In this document: positions 8,748 through 17,475 of the stretch, piece after piece | How positions within the stretch are numbered: position 1 is the first letter of the stretch | Layout: every line of letters begins with the position of its first letter | Assembly (NCBI GenBank): GCA_963750045.1 | Contig: CAVVPD010000009.1 | Coordinates: forward strand, 72,089-136,088 | Reading direction: 5' to 3' | DNA length: 64,000 nucleotides | Source: an uncultured Actinomycetes bacterium | GTDB taxonomy: Bacteria > Actinomycetota > Acidimicrobiia > IMCC26256 > DASPTH01 | Program-made: the position numbers and the translations under genes | The notes under the pieces: model-generated | The model's database searches: none | What the model was told of the DNA's origin: nothing | What the model saw: the letters and a program-made list of their open reading frames with translations, nothing else

Positions 8748-10424
8748 TCAGACGGGTTCGAGCTGGTCGTCGTGGTAGCGATCACGACAGAGCGACCGCT
8801 GCAACTTCCCCGACGACGTCTTGGGCAGGGTGCCGGGTCGTACGAGCACGACCTCGACCGGAGGGACACCCACCGCTTCGCACACGAGGTTCACGACCGA
8901 GTCGTGCACCTGATGGAGGGCGTCGCTCTTCGTCTCGGCCACCACCACGATCGACTCCCGACCCCGCCTGTGGTCGCTCCCGAAGGCGATCACGTTGCCG
9001 GCGCGCACACCGACGGCGGCGGCGGCGGCGCGCTCGACGTCTTCGGGGAACACGTTGCGCCCGCCGACGATGATCACGTCCTTCAAACGGCCGCAGACCA
9101 CGAGCTGCCCGTCGACGAGGTAGGCGAGGTCGCCGGTACGGAGCCACCCGTCGTCGAACGTGGCCGCGGTCGCGTCGGCATTGCGGTAGTAGCCCGGCGT
9201 GACGGAAGGGCTGCGCAGCTCGAGCTCGCCGACCTCGCGGTCGACGCGCACCGCTCCGGTGCGCGGCTCCACGATCCGCAGCTCGAACCCGGGCAAGGGG
9301 CGGCCGAGCATCGCCAATCGTCGGACCGACTCGGTTCCGTCGGCGGCCGGCAGCGCGCGCCGGTCGTGTTCGAGGGTGTAGCGATCCACCGTGTCGACGG
9401 TCATGCCCGCACCGACCTCGGGGAACGTCACGCCGAGCGTCGCCTCGGCCATGCCGAACACCGGGTACGCGGCGCGGGCATCGAAGCCGAACGGCGCGGC
9501 CGCGGCGCAGAACGCCTCGACCGCGTTCGGGTCGACCGTCTCGGCGCCGTTGAGCGCGAGGCGCCAGCTCGAGAGGTCGAGCGCGCCGGCGCGGCGCAGC
9601 GCCCGGGCGGCGAGCGCATACGAGAAGTTCGGGCCCGCGGTGATCGTGCCGCGGTACTCGGAGATCCACTCCAACCAGCTCGACGGTGCGGCCAGGAAGT
9701 CCTGGGGTGCGGCGAGCACGAGCTCGAAGCCGTTGAGCATCGGGGTCATGAGCAGGCCGATGAGGCCCATGTCGTGGTAGAGGGGCAGCCACGACACCGC
9801 GCGGTCACCGTGGTGGATTCCCGCGCCCGCGACGATCGCGTCGATGTTGGCGCCCACGCAGCGGTCGGGCAGCATCACGCCCTTCGGGGCGGCGGTCGAG
9901 CCGCTCGTGAACTGGAGGATGGCGAGTCGCTCGGGGTCGTCGGCCGGCCGCGCCACCGCGTCGGCGCCGAGCTTCGCGCCCTCGGCGGCGAGGGCGTCGA
10001 GCAGCACCACGGGGGTGGGCGCCGGCGGATCACCCGGTGGAGGGTCGAGGAAGGGTGCCAGGTCGGGGTCGACGACCACGAGCCCGGCATCGGCGTTGGC
10101 GATGCGCCGCCGGGTCTGCTCGACGAACTCCTCGATGGAGCCCAGGCGCATCGGGAGGGGGAGCGCCACGACGGTGCCACCGGCGAGGAACGTCGCCTGG
10201 ATGGTCGTCACCAGGGCTCGGGTCGTGGGGCCGAGGATCCCGACGTGGACGCCCGGGCGGACACCGCGGGCTTGCAGGGCGGCTGCGATGCCACGTGCGT
10301 CGTCGTGGAGACGGGACCACTCGACCCGGTCGGTCGCCGCGGACCCGCCCGCGGCGGATCCGACGAACGTGACGACGCCGGCGCCGTCGGCGACGGTCTC
10401 GAGGCGCGACACGACAGAGGGCAT
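8748..10424 (-). CDS. Fatty acyl-AMP ligase (FAAL, FadD32-like adenylating enzyme)
   Basis: FAAL-type motifs are present: ILQFTSGSTAAPKGVML, SWLPLYHDMGLIGLL, FLAAPSSWLEWIS, AGPNFSYALA, TGDLAY, SSGKLQR. ATG 10424 (MPSVVSRLE) was chosen because the codons upstream overlap the nitroreductase gene and look non-coding. Confidence 0.82.
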   Translation of the reverse strand: MPSVVSRLETVADGAGVVTFVGSAAGGSAATDRVEWSRLHDDARGIAAALQARGVRPGVHVGILGPTTRALVTTIQATFLAGGTVVALPLPMRLGSIEEFVEQTRRRIANADAGLVVVDPDLAPFLDPPPGDPPAPTPVVLLDALAAEGAKLGADAVARPADDPERLAILQFTSGSTAAPKGVMLPDRCVGANIDAIVAGAGIHHGDRAVSWLPLYHDMGLIGLLMTPMLNGFELVLAAPQDFLAAPSSWLEWISEYRGTITAGPNFSYALAARALRRAGALDLSSWRLALNGAETVDPNAVEAFCAAAAPFGFDARAAYPVFGMAEATLGVTFPEVGAGMTVDTVDRYTLEHDRRALPAADGTESVRRLAMLGRPLPGFELRIVEPRTGAVRVDREVGELELRSPSVTPGYYRNADATAATFDDGWLRTGDLAYLVDGQLVVCGRLKDVIIVGGRNVFPEDVERAAAAAVGVRAGNVIAFGSDHRRGRESIVVVAETKSDALHQVHDSVVNLVCEAVGVPPVEVVLVRPGTLPKTSSGKLQRSLCRDRYHDDQLEPV

Positions 10425-10455
10425 CACGTCTCCGACTCGCGCCCGTCCCTCGGGG

Positions 10456-11106
10456 TTACTCGTGGGTAGCACCCCAGGTGTCCCAGTAGGTGATGCCCTC
10501 CACCGGCGGCCGCGCCGCCGGCTTGAAGTCACCCCCGGTGGTGTAGGCGACGGGGATGAGCGCGACCTGGGTGATGCCCTCGGGAATCCCGAGCAGCTCG
10601 GCCGTCTCGGCCTCCTTCGCCAGGTGCAGCGTGGTCCACGCGGAGCCGAGCCCGCGTGAACGCAGGGCGAGCATGAAGCTCCACACCGCAGGGAGGATCG
10701 ACCCGTAGAAGCTGGCGCCGGCGAAGTTGTCGGCGGTCTCGACCCGGCCCTCGATGCACGGGATCACGTGCACCGGCACCCGGTCGAGGATGTTCATGAG
10801 GTAGACGGCCGACTGGTACACCTTGCGGGTCTGGGGATCGGCGGCGCCCTCGGCCTGCGACTCGAGGTAGGGCCGCGCCATCGCGCCGTAGAACTCCTTG
10901 AGTGCGGCCCGCTTCCCGGCGTCGGTCACGACGACCCAGTGCCATCCCTGCGCGTTGCTGCCGGTGGGCGACTGCACCGCGAGGCGCAGGCAGTCGAGGA
11001 TGATCTCCGGCTCCACCGGGCGCTCGAGGTCGAGGCGCCTGCGCACCGCGCGGGTGGTGGCGAGAAGGTGATCGGTGACGGTGATGTCCATCGGGAAGTC
11101 GGCCAT
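10456..11106 (-). CDS. Nitroreductase family protein
   Basis: 216 aa. Contains TTRAVRRRLDLERPVEPEIILDCLRLAVQSPTGSNAQGWHWVVV, typical of the nitroreductase fold. Confidence 0.85.
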   Translation of the reverse strand: MADFPMDITVTDHLLATTRAVRRRLDLERPVEPEIILDCLRLAVQSPTGSNAQGWHWVVVTDAGKRAALKEFYGAMARPYLESQAEGAADPQTRKVYQSAVYLMNILDRVPVHVIPCIEGRVETADNFAGASFYGSILPAVWSFMLALRSRGLGSAWTTLHLAKEAETAELLGIPEGITQVALIPVAYTTGGDFKPAARPPVEGITYWDTWGATHE

Positions 11107-11124
11107 GCGCGCAGTCTCGCAGAC

Positions 11125-11427
11125 TCAGCCTGCGAGCGCGGAGGCCGGGTCCCGGAAGAACCGCGAGCGGGGGAGCACCTCGTCGGCGCCGTCGGCGGCG
11201 GCCTGTGCGAGGAGCTCGTCGTCGACATGGGGGCCGAACGCGACGATCCAAGCCTCCGGGGCCGCCGCTCGTGCCGCGGCGACGCCGGCCGCGTGACGCG
11301 CCAGGTCGATCACCACGACGTCGGCATCCGCGCACGCGCCGGGGTCTGAGGCGAACTCGACGCCGGCAACGACGGCCGAGACGCGTGACCGGTCCATGAG
11401 GTCGGTCATCAACGCCACGATCCTCAC
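11125..11427 (-). CDS. Small hypothetical protein with a degenerate CheY/receiver-like pattern
   Basis: 100 aa with clean GC3 bias. The start overlaps the nhaA stop by 4 nt. The pattern MRIVALMTDLMD...VVVIDL...IVAFGPHVD...ADEVLPRS resembles a receiver beta-alpha layout, but the conserved Lys and Thr positions are not evident. Confidence 0.6.
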   Translation of the reverse strand: MRIVALMTDLMDRSRVSAVVAGVEFASDPGACADADVVVIDLARHAAGVAAARAAAPEAWIVAFGPHVDDELLAQAAADGADEVLPRSRFFRDPASALAG

Positions 11428-12644
11428 GGCTGTTCCTCGGTTGCCGATCGCTCACGGCGCAACACGGCGCTCAACCCCGTCATGCCCGCGACCGCGGCGA
11501 GCGCCGACGCGGCGAGCACTCCGATCTTCGCATCCGAGAACTGGGTGCCACGGAAGGCGAGGTCGGTGATGAACAACGACACCGTGAAGCCGATGCCGCC
11601 GAGCGTGGCGACGCCGGCGATGTGGCGAAGGGAGATGTCGTCGGGGAGTCGTCCGATGCGGAACCGGACCGCGAACGCGGACGCACCGAGGATGCCGACG
11701 AACTTGCCCACAACGAGCCCGGCGACGATGCCGATCGTCACCCGGCTCGCGACCGCTTCGGAGATCGCGTCGCCGGTGAGGATCACGCCCGCGTTCGCGA
11801 GCGCGAACAGCGGGACGATGACGAAGCTCGACACCGGGTGGAGGCCGCGCTCGAGCCGTTCGAGCACGGGGACTCCGCGGCGAGGCAACGCGGGCGTGAT
11901 GAGGCCGAGCGCGACCCCCGCGAGCGTCGGCTCGATGCCGCCTTCGTAGAGGCAGAGCCAGAGCAGCGCGCCGGGGAGCAGGTATGCGATCGGGCGGTCG
12001 ACGTTGAGCCGCGACATCGCGATCACGGCGAGCAGGACGAGCACGCCCGCGCCCAACCACAACGGTTCCACCCCCTTCGAGTAGAAGAGCGCGATCACCA
12101 CGATGGCGCCGATGTCGTCGACGATGGCGAGGGTCAGCAGGAAGACCTTGAGGCTGCTCGGCACGCGCGCGCCGAGGATGGCGAGCACACCGACCGCGAA
12201 CGCGATGTCGGTGGCCATCGGGATGGCCCAGCCCTTCGTGCCCCCGGCCCCGACGTTCACCGCCACGTAGATCAGGGCGGGTACGACCATTCCGCCCAGG
12301 GCCGCGACTGCGGGGAGCGCGGCGCGGCTGCGTTCGCGCAGCTCGCCGGTGACGAGCTCGCGCTTGATCTCGAGTCCGACGACGAAGAAGAAGATCGTCA
12401 TGAGCGCGTCGTTCACCCAGTGGACGAGTGACTCGGTGATCGCGAGGTCGCCCGACCCGATGGTGAGCTCGTGTCCCCACCAGCTGGTGTACCCCGCGGT
12501 GTCGGTGTTGGCCCAGACGAGTGCGCCGATCGCGGCGAGGAGCAACACGAGGCCGCTGGCCGCTTCCAGTGAGACGAAGTTGCTGCCAAGGGGCGGCGCG
12601 GCCCTGCCCAGGTACGGGATACGTATGTGTCGGTGGTCGGGCAT
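11424..12644 (-). CDS. nhaA: Na+/H+ antiporter NhaA
   Basis: 406 aa. Contains SLEAASGLVLLLAAIGALVWAN and HWVNDALMTIFFFVVGLEIKRELVTGEL, the hallmark NhaA region, with about 11-12 TM segments. Confidence 0.92.
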   Translation of the reverse strand: MPDHRHIRIPYLGRAAPPLGSNFVSLEAASGLVLLLAAIGALVWANTDTAGYTSWWGHELTIGSGDLAITESLVHWVNDALMTIFFFVVGLEIKRELVTGELRERSRAALPAVAALGGMVVPALIYVAVNVGAGGTKGWAIPMATDIAFAVGVLAILGARVPSSLKVFLLTLAIVDDIGAIVVIALFYSKGVEPLWLGAGVLVLLAVIAMSRLNVDRPIAYLLPGALLWLCLYEGGIEPTLAGVALGLITPALPRRGVPVLERLERGLHPVSSFVIVPLFALANAGVILTGDAISEAVASRVTIGIVAGLVVGKFVGILGASAFAVRFRIGRLPDDISLRHIAGVATLGGIGFTVSLFITDLAFRGTQFSDAKIGVLAASALAAVAGMTGLSAVLRRERSATEEQP

Positions 12645-12754
12645 CGGCAGGGCTTTCCGCGCAAGGAGACGATTCGCCGACCAGACTTCCCGGCACGCCG
12701 GGACTCAGGGTAAGCGCGAAGCCCCCTGGTGCGTCGAACCGATGCGCAGGCGGA

Positions 12755-13882
12755 CTACGTCGTCGGCGCCGGGAGCAGGCGCGGCGCGTCGATCGCGAAC
12801 TCGGGCCAGCGCTTGCGCGAGCGGGCGGAGAGTTTGTGCATCAACGCGATCGCCCCCGGATCGTCGTCGCCGGGTCGGGTCTCGATCCATCCGTCGCGGA
12901 TCATGCCGTCCATCAGGTCGCGCCCGATCTCGGTGCGCACGATGGTGAGGGTCCAGTCGTTGAACGCTCCGATGCCACCGGTGGAGATGTCGGCGTGCTC
13001 GGCGGCGAAGTCGGGGCACATCTTGCAACCCTCGCGCGTCCACGCGTGGCACTCCTTCAGGGGCACCTCGTGGTAGTCGCCGTTCTTCATCCAGATCTGG
13101 AAGACGCCCTTGATGTTCATCTTCTTCATCTCGGCCTTCTTCAGGCCGTACTTGGCCTCGAAGAGCTCCTCGAAGATCGCATCGTCGAAGGTCTTGGAGC
13201 AGAGCAGCCCGATGTTGAGCGACAGCCGCCGCGCGACCTTGCCCGCCTTGCGCTGCTTCATCACGGGTGGCACGGACGACTGGCAGCTCATCCCCACCAA
13301 CGCGATGCGTTCGGCGCCGCTCTCGATCGCGTCCGGGTAGGCCATGGTGTTGGCGGAGTAGGTGTAGCGGCTCCCCGCCGACGCGATGATGTCGTCGCGG
13401 CGTGCGGGCCACGCCGGGGATGGCCTTCCAGGTGGTGCCGTCGCCTTCGAGGTAGCTCACGAGCGCGGCGTCGATCATGTCGTGCTCGAGCGCGTAGATC
13501 AGCAGGGCCGACACGAGGCCGCCGTCCTGCCCCACTTCGGCGAGCACCGGGTCGGTTGCGCGCGCCAGCACGATGTCCTTGAAGACGCCGGACGGCTCTT
13601 CCACAGTGCGGGCCCGCCCGAACATGAACTCGTCGACCTCGGGCTCCCATGCCCGGAAGCGGGGCGCACGCGGGTGCACGACGTGCAGCCCTTCTGGCCG
13701 TGGCTGCAATTGTCGGGGGCGTACCCGTCCTCCAACTGGAACGGCTTGTAGACCCCTTCGTCGTCCTTGTAGCCGAGCACGTCGTGGGGACACGCGATCA
13801 CGCACCCGGCGCACCCGGTGCACAACCCCGACGTGACCACCTCGGAGTACAGGTCCTTCCAGTGCAACTTCTCGGGCGGCAT
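12755..13882 (-). pseudogene. Coenzyme F420 hydrogenase/dehydrogenase beta-subunit (FrhB)-like Fe-S flavoprotein, with two compensating frame breaks as assembled
   Basis: The N-terminus (LCTGCAGCVIACPHDVL...CSHGQKGCTSCTR) is in ORF 13499..13882. The middle (PRFRAWEPEVDEFMFGRARTVEEPSGVFKDIVLARATDP...DGTTWKAIPGVARTP) is in the frame of ORF 12705..13910. The C-terminus (DDIIASAGSRYTYSANTMAYPDAIESGAERIALVGMSCQ...CPDFAAEHADISTGG) is in ORF 12755..13345. The outer frames are identical and total length is 3n. Junctions are about 13666-13672 (-1) and 13396-13401 (+1). Confidence 0.75.
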
Positions 13883-13952
13883 CTTCCGAGTCTGGCACAG
13901 GCACCGACAACGTCGTCGGGTCGCGCGCTCCGGCCCGTTCTCGAGTCGCCGC

Positions 13953-14240
13953 TCAGACGCGGAGGAGACGTTCGACGGCTTGCACCGCCTCGTCGATCTT
14001 GGCGTCCCCGGCAGCGGGATCGGTCGTTGCCGCCTCGCGCACGCAGTGCCGAACGTGCTCGTCGAGCAGTCCGAGGCCGACGCCCTGGAGCGCTTTGGTG
14101 ACCGACACGATCTGGGTGAGGACGTCGATGCAGTACTCCTCGTCGTCGATCATCCGTTGCAGGCCGCGCACCTGGCCCTCGATGCGGCGCAGCCGCCTGC
14201 GGTAGTCGTCCTTCTCCAGGCTGTACCCCCGGACCGCCAT
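13953..14240 (-). CDS. csoR: CsoR family copper-sensing transcriptional repressor
   Basis: 95 aa. Contains RLRRIEGQVRGLQRMIDDEEYCIDVLTQI...LDEHVRHC, with the CsoR C-H-C ligand pattern. Divergent from copA. Confidence 0.9.
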   Translation of the reverse strand: MAVRGYSLEKDDYRRRLRRIEGQVRGLQRMIDDEEYCIDVLTQIVSVTKALQGVGLGLLDEHVRHCVREAATTDPAAGDAKIDEAVQAVERLLRV

Positions 14241-14268
14241 CTTTCCGCTCCGTTCCTGCTTGCAGCAA

Positions 14269-14285
14269 ATACCCTAGGGGGGTAT
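14269..14285. promoter_or_regulatory. Candidate CsoR operator (ATACCC-N5-GGGTAT) in the csoR/copA divergent region
   Basis: The sequence ATACCCTAGGGGGGTAT has inverted arms ATACCC/GGGTAT around a G-rich core. It resembles described CsoR boxes of the TACCC..GGGTA type and overlaps the putative copA -10 element. Confidence 0.65.
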
Positions 14286-14288
14286 ACT
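14283..14288 (+). promoter_or_regulatory. Putative -10 hexamer (TATACT) for a leaderless copA transcript
   Basis: TATACT ends 7 nt before ATG 14296. There is no Shine-Dalgarno sequence between them. Leaderless mRNAs are common in Actinomycetota. Confidence 0.4.
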
Positions 14289-14295
14289 ACCACAC

Positions 14296-16554
14296 ATGAC
14301 GATCGACATCCAGGAATCCGAGAGCCTCGAACGGTGCGACCTGCCGGTGGCCGGCATGACCTGCGCGTCGTGCGCCTCGCGCATCGAAACGGGCCTCGCC
14401 GGACTCCCCGGAGTGAGCCGGGCCAACGTGAACTTCGCCACCAACCGGGCGACGGTCACCTACGACCCGGCGGTCACCGGCCCCGACTCGTTCAGCGCCA
14501 CCGTCGCCGGTCTCGGCTACTCCGTGCTCGACACCGAGCCTGACGATCCCGAGGCCGCCGAGTTGCGCGACCTCCGGCCCCGCCTCGTGGTCGCCGTCGC
14601 CCTGGGCATCCCGGTGATCGCCATCTCGATGATCCCCGGCCTCCAGTTCTCGGGCTGGCAGTGGGTGGCGTTCGCGCTCTCGACCCCGGTGATCCTCTGG
14701 TCGGGCTGGCCATTCCACCGCGCGACCCTGGTGAACCTGCGCCACGGTGCCACCACGATGGACACCCTCGTCTCGTTGGGAACCTTGGCGGCCTACGTCT
14801 GGTCGATCGTCGCGCTGGTGTTCCTTGACGCCGCCGACCAGGGCATGGCGATGGGCGCGATCTTCGGCGGCTCGGGCGACGGGGCCCACGTCTACTTCGA
14901 GACCGCCACTGCGATCGTCGCCCTGCTGCTGCTCGGCAAGTACTTCGAAGCGCGTGCACGCGGCCGCTCCAGCCAGGCCATCCGCGCGCTGCTCGAGCTC
15001 GGCGCCAAGACCGCACGGCTCGAGAACGGCGACGAGATTCCCGCCGCGAGCCTGCGCGTGGGCGACCGCTTCGTCGTGCGACCGGGCGAGAAGGTCGCCA
15101 CGGACGGCACCGTGGTGGGCGGCGCGTCGGCGCTCGACGTGTCGATGCTCACCGGTGAGCCGGTACCCGTCGACGTCGGGCCCGGCGACGACGTGTTCGG
15201 CGCCACGCTCAACACGTCGGGGCGGCTGGTGGTCGAAGCGACCCAGGTCGGCGGTGACACCGCACTGGCACAGATCGCCCGGCTGGTCGAAGAGGCCCAG
15301 GGCTCCAAGGCACCCGTGCAACGACTGGCCGACCGCATCTCGGGGGTGTTCGTGCCCGTCGTGCTGGTGATCGCGCTCGTCACGCTCCTGGTGTGGCTGT
15401 TGCTCGGCAACGCCGCCGACCAGGCGTTCACCGCCGCGGTCGCGGTGTTGATCATCGCCTGCCCGTGCGCGCTCGGCCTCGCCACGCCCACCGCGATCAT
15501 GGTGGGCACCGGACGAGGTGCGCAGCTGGGGATCGTGATCAAGGGTGGCGAGGTGCTCGAGGCGAGCCGCACCGTCGATGCCGCGATCCTCGACAAGACC
15601 GGAACCATCACCGAAGGGCGCATGGAGCTGGCCGACGTCGTCCCGGCTCCCGGTGTCGACCTGTCCCAGCTCTTGCGGCGCGCCGGTTCGGTCGAAGACG
15701 CGTCGGAGCACCCGATCGCCGCGCGATCGCCTCCGGCGCCCGGGCGCGCGGCGCCGCGTTCGACCCTCCCGCCGAGTTCACCAACCACCCGGGGCAGGGA
15801 GTGCAGGCGACCGTCGACGGCGTCACCGTCCGTGTGGGCCGGTCCGACTACGTCGGCAGCACCCCACCCGCGCTCGACGCGCTCGCCGACGACGCCCGGA
15901 CCGTCGTCTACGCGGGATGGGGCGGCGCGGTGCAGGGGGCGTTCGTCGTCGCCGATACGGTCAAGCCCACTTCGAGCGCGGCGATCAGCGCGCTGCACGA
16001 GTTGGGCATCACCACCGTGATGGTCACCGGCGACCGCCAGGCGACCGCCGACGCGGTCGCGCGGGAAGTGGGCATCGACCGTGTGGTCGCCGGCGTGCTG
16101 CCAGGGGAGAAGGTCGACGTCGTGCGCGACCTCCAGGCCGAGGGCAAGCGCGTGGCGGTCGTGGGCGACGGCGTGAACGACGCTCCCGCCCTCGCGCAGT
16201 CCGACCTCGGAATCGCGATCGGCACGGGGACCGACGTCGCCATCGAGGCGAGTGACCTCACGCTGGTGTCGGGTGACCTCCGCGCCGCGGCCGACGCCAT
16301 CGCGCTCGTCGCGCCGCACCTTGGCGACCATCAAGGGCAACCTGTTCTGGGCCTTCGCCTACAACGTGGCCGCCATCCCGCTCGCGGCGGTCGGTCTGCT
16401 GAGCCCGGTGATCGCGGCGGCGGCGATGGGCTTCTCCAGCGTGTTCGTGGTGAGCAATTCGCTGCGACTGCGCCGCTTCCGTGGGTTCCGCGCCGCGACC
16501 TCACCCCGGGAGCCCGTCACGTCGCCAGAGAGGCGAGAGGGAGTGCCCCGCTGA
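14296..16554 (+). pseudogene. copA: Copper-translocating P1B-type ATPase, with two compensating frame breaks as assembled
   Basis: The gene has an N-terminal HMA domain (GMTCASCASRIE), a CPC motif (IIACPCALGLATP) and DKTGTITEG in ORF 14296..16020. It continues after ...SEHPIAA in the frame of ORF 15393..16637 (AIASGARARG...MVTGDRQATA...[11 protein letters not shown]...). It continues again after ...AADAIAL in ORF 16252..16554 ([20 protein letters not shown]...). Junctions are about 15718-15726 (-1) and 16303-16312 (+1). Total length is 3n. Confidence 0.85.
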
Positions 16555-16572
16555 CCGCGTACGCTGATCGGC

Positions 16573-17433
16573 TTGAAGATCAGCGAGATCCTGAAGACCG
16601 GTCCGAGCTTCTCGTTCGAGTTCTTTCCTCCTCGTGACGAGAAGATGGAAGCGGTGCTCGCGCAGACGCTGCGCGAGCTCGAATCGCTGCGTCCGGCGTA
16701 CGTGTCGGTCACCTACGGCGCAGGTGGCACCACCCGCGAGCGCACCCACGACCTGGTGGTGGGCATCGATCGCGACACCACGATGACGGCGATGGCGCAC
16801 CTCACGTGCGCGGCGCACACGAGGGCCGAGCTGATCGAGATCGTCAACCGCTACCGCGACGCCGGGATCGACAACATCCTCGCCCTCGGTGGCGACCCGC
16901 CGAAGGATCTCGACCTCCCACCGGGGGAGCTCAGCTACGCGATCGAGCTGGTCCACCTCATCCGCGAGCTCGGCGACTTCTCGATCGGGGTCGCGGCCCA
17001 CCCGGAACCGCACCCCCGCTCACCGAGCCGGGAGAGCGACCGTCGCCACACCGCCGCGAAGCTCGCCGAAGCGGACTTCGCCATCACCCAGTTCTTCTTC
17101 GACGTGGACCACTACTTCGAGCTGGTCGAGAGCCTCCACCGCCTCGGGATCGACAAGCCGGTGATCGCCGGGATCATGCCCGCGACCAGCCTGGCGAGCA
17201 TCAAGCGGATGTCGGAGATGCAGGGGTCGGAGTTCCCGCAATGGCTGGCCGAGAAGCTCCTCGCCGTCGGCGACGATCCCGCCGAGGTGCGCCGGGTGGG
17301 TATCGCCGAGGCCACCAAGCTCTGCGCGACCCTGCTCGAGGGGGGAGCGCCCGGGCTGCACTTCTACACGTTGAACCGGTCGACCGCGACCCGTGAGATC
17401 TACGAGAACCTCGGCCTGCACGACAAGAGGTAA
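16573..17433 (+). CDS. metF: Methylenetetrahydrofolate reductase
   Basis: 286 aa. Contains FSFEFFPPRDE and PAYVSVTYGAGGTTRERT, typical of MetF. The TTG start at 16573 has no obvious RBS, so the start is uncertain. Confidence 0.88.
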   Translation: MKISEILKTGPSFSFEFFPPRDEKMEAVLAQTLRELESLRPAYVSVTYGAGGTTRERTHDLVVGIDRDTTMTAMAHLTCAAHTRAELIEIVNRYRDAGIDNILALGGDPPKDLDLPPGELSYAIELVHLIRELGDFSIGVAAHPEPHPRSPSRESDRRHTAAKLAEADFAITQFFFDVDHYFELVESLHRLGIDKPVIAGIMPATSLASIKRMSEMQGSEFPQWLAEKLLAVGDDPAEVRRVGIAEATKLCATLLEGGAPGLHFYTLNRSTATREIYENLGLHDKR

Positions 17434-17448
17434 AGGCAACTTGCGCTG

Positions 17449-17469
17449 AGGTTAAGGGTGCCCTAACCT
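17449..17469. promoter_or_regulatory. Imperfect palindrome AGGTTAAGGGTGCCCTAACCT immediately upstream of efeU (candidate operator)
   Basis: The arms AGGTTA..GGG / CCC..TAACCT carry one bulged A. The element lies in the 42-nt metF-efeU spacer, and its right arm TAACCT doubles as a TAnnnT -10-like hexamer 6 nt before ATG 17476. Confidence 0.45.
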
Positions 17470-17475
17470 TAGTCG

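Noticed and set aside
8190-10469. 759-aa plus-strand ORF across the FAAL gene
   Set aside because: It is antisense to a well-conserved adenylating enzyme. Its composition is dominated by R/G/D/E/H, and no recognisable domain is present.
17449-17469. A canonical IdeR/DtxR iron box
   Set aside because: The half-sites match, but the spacing is 9 nt instead of about 3 nt, so it is not a canonical 19-bp iron box. It is kept only as a variant or unknown operator candidate.
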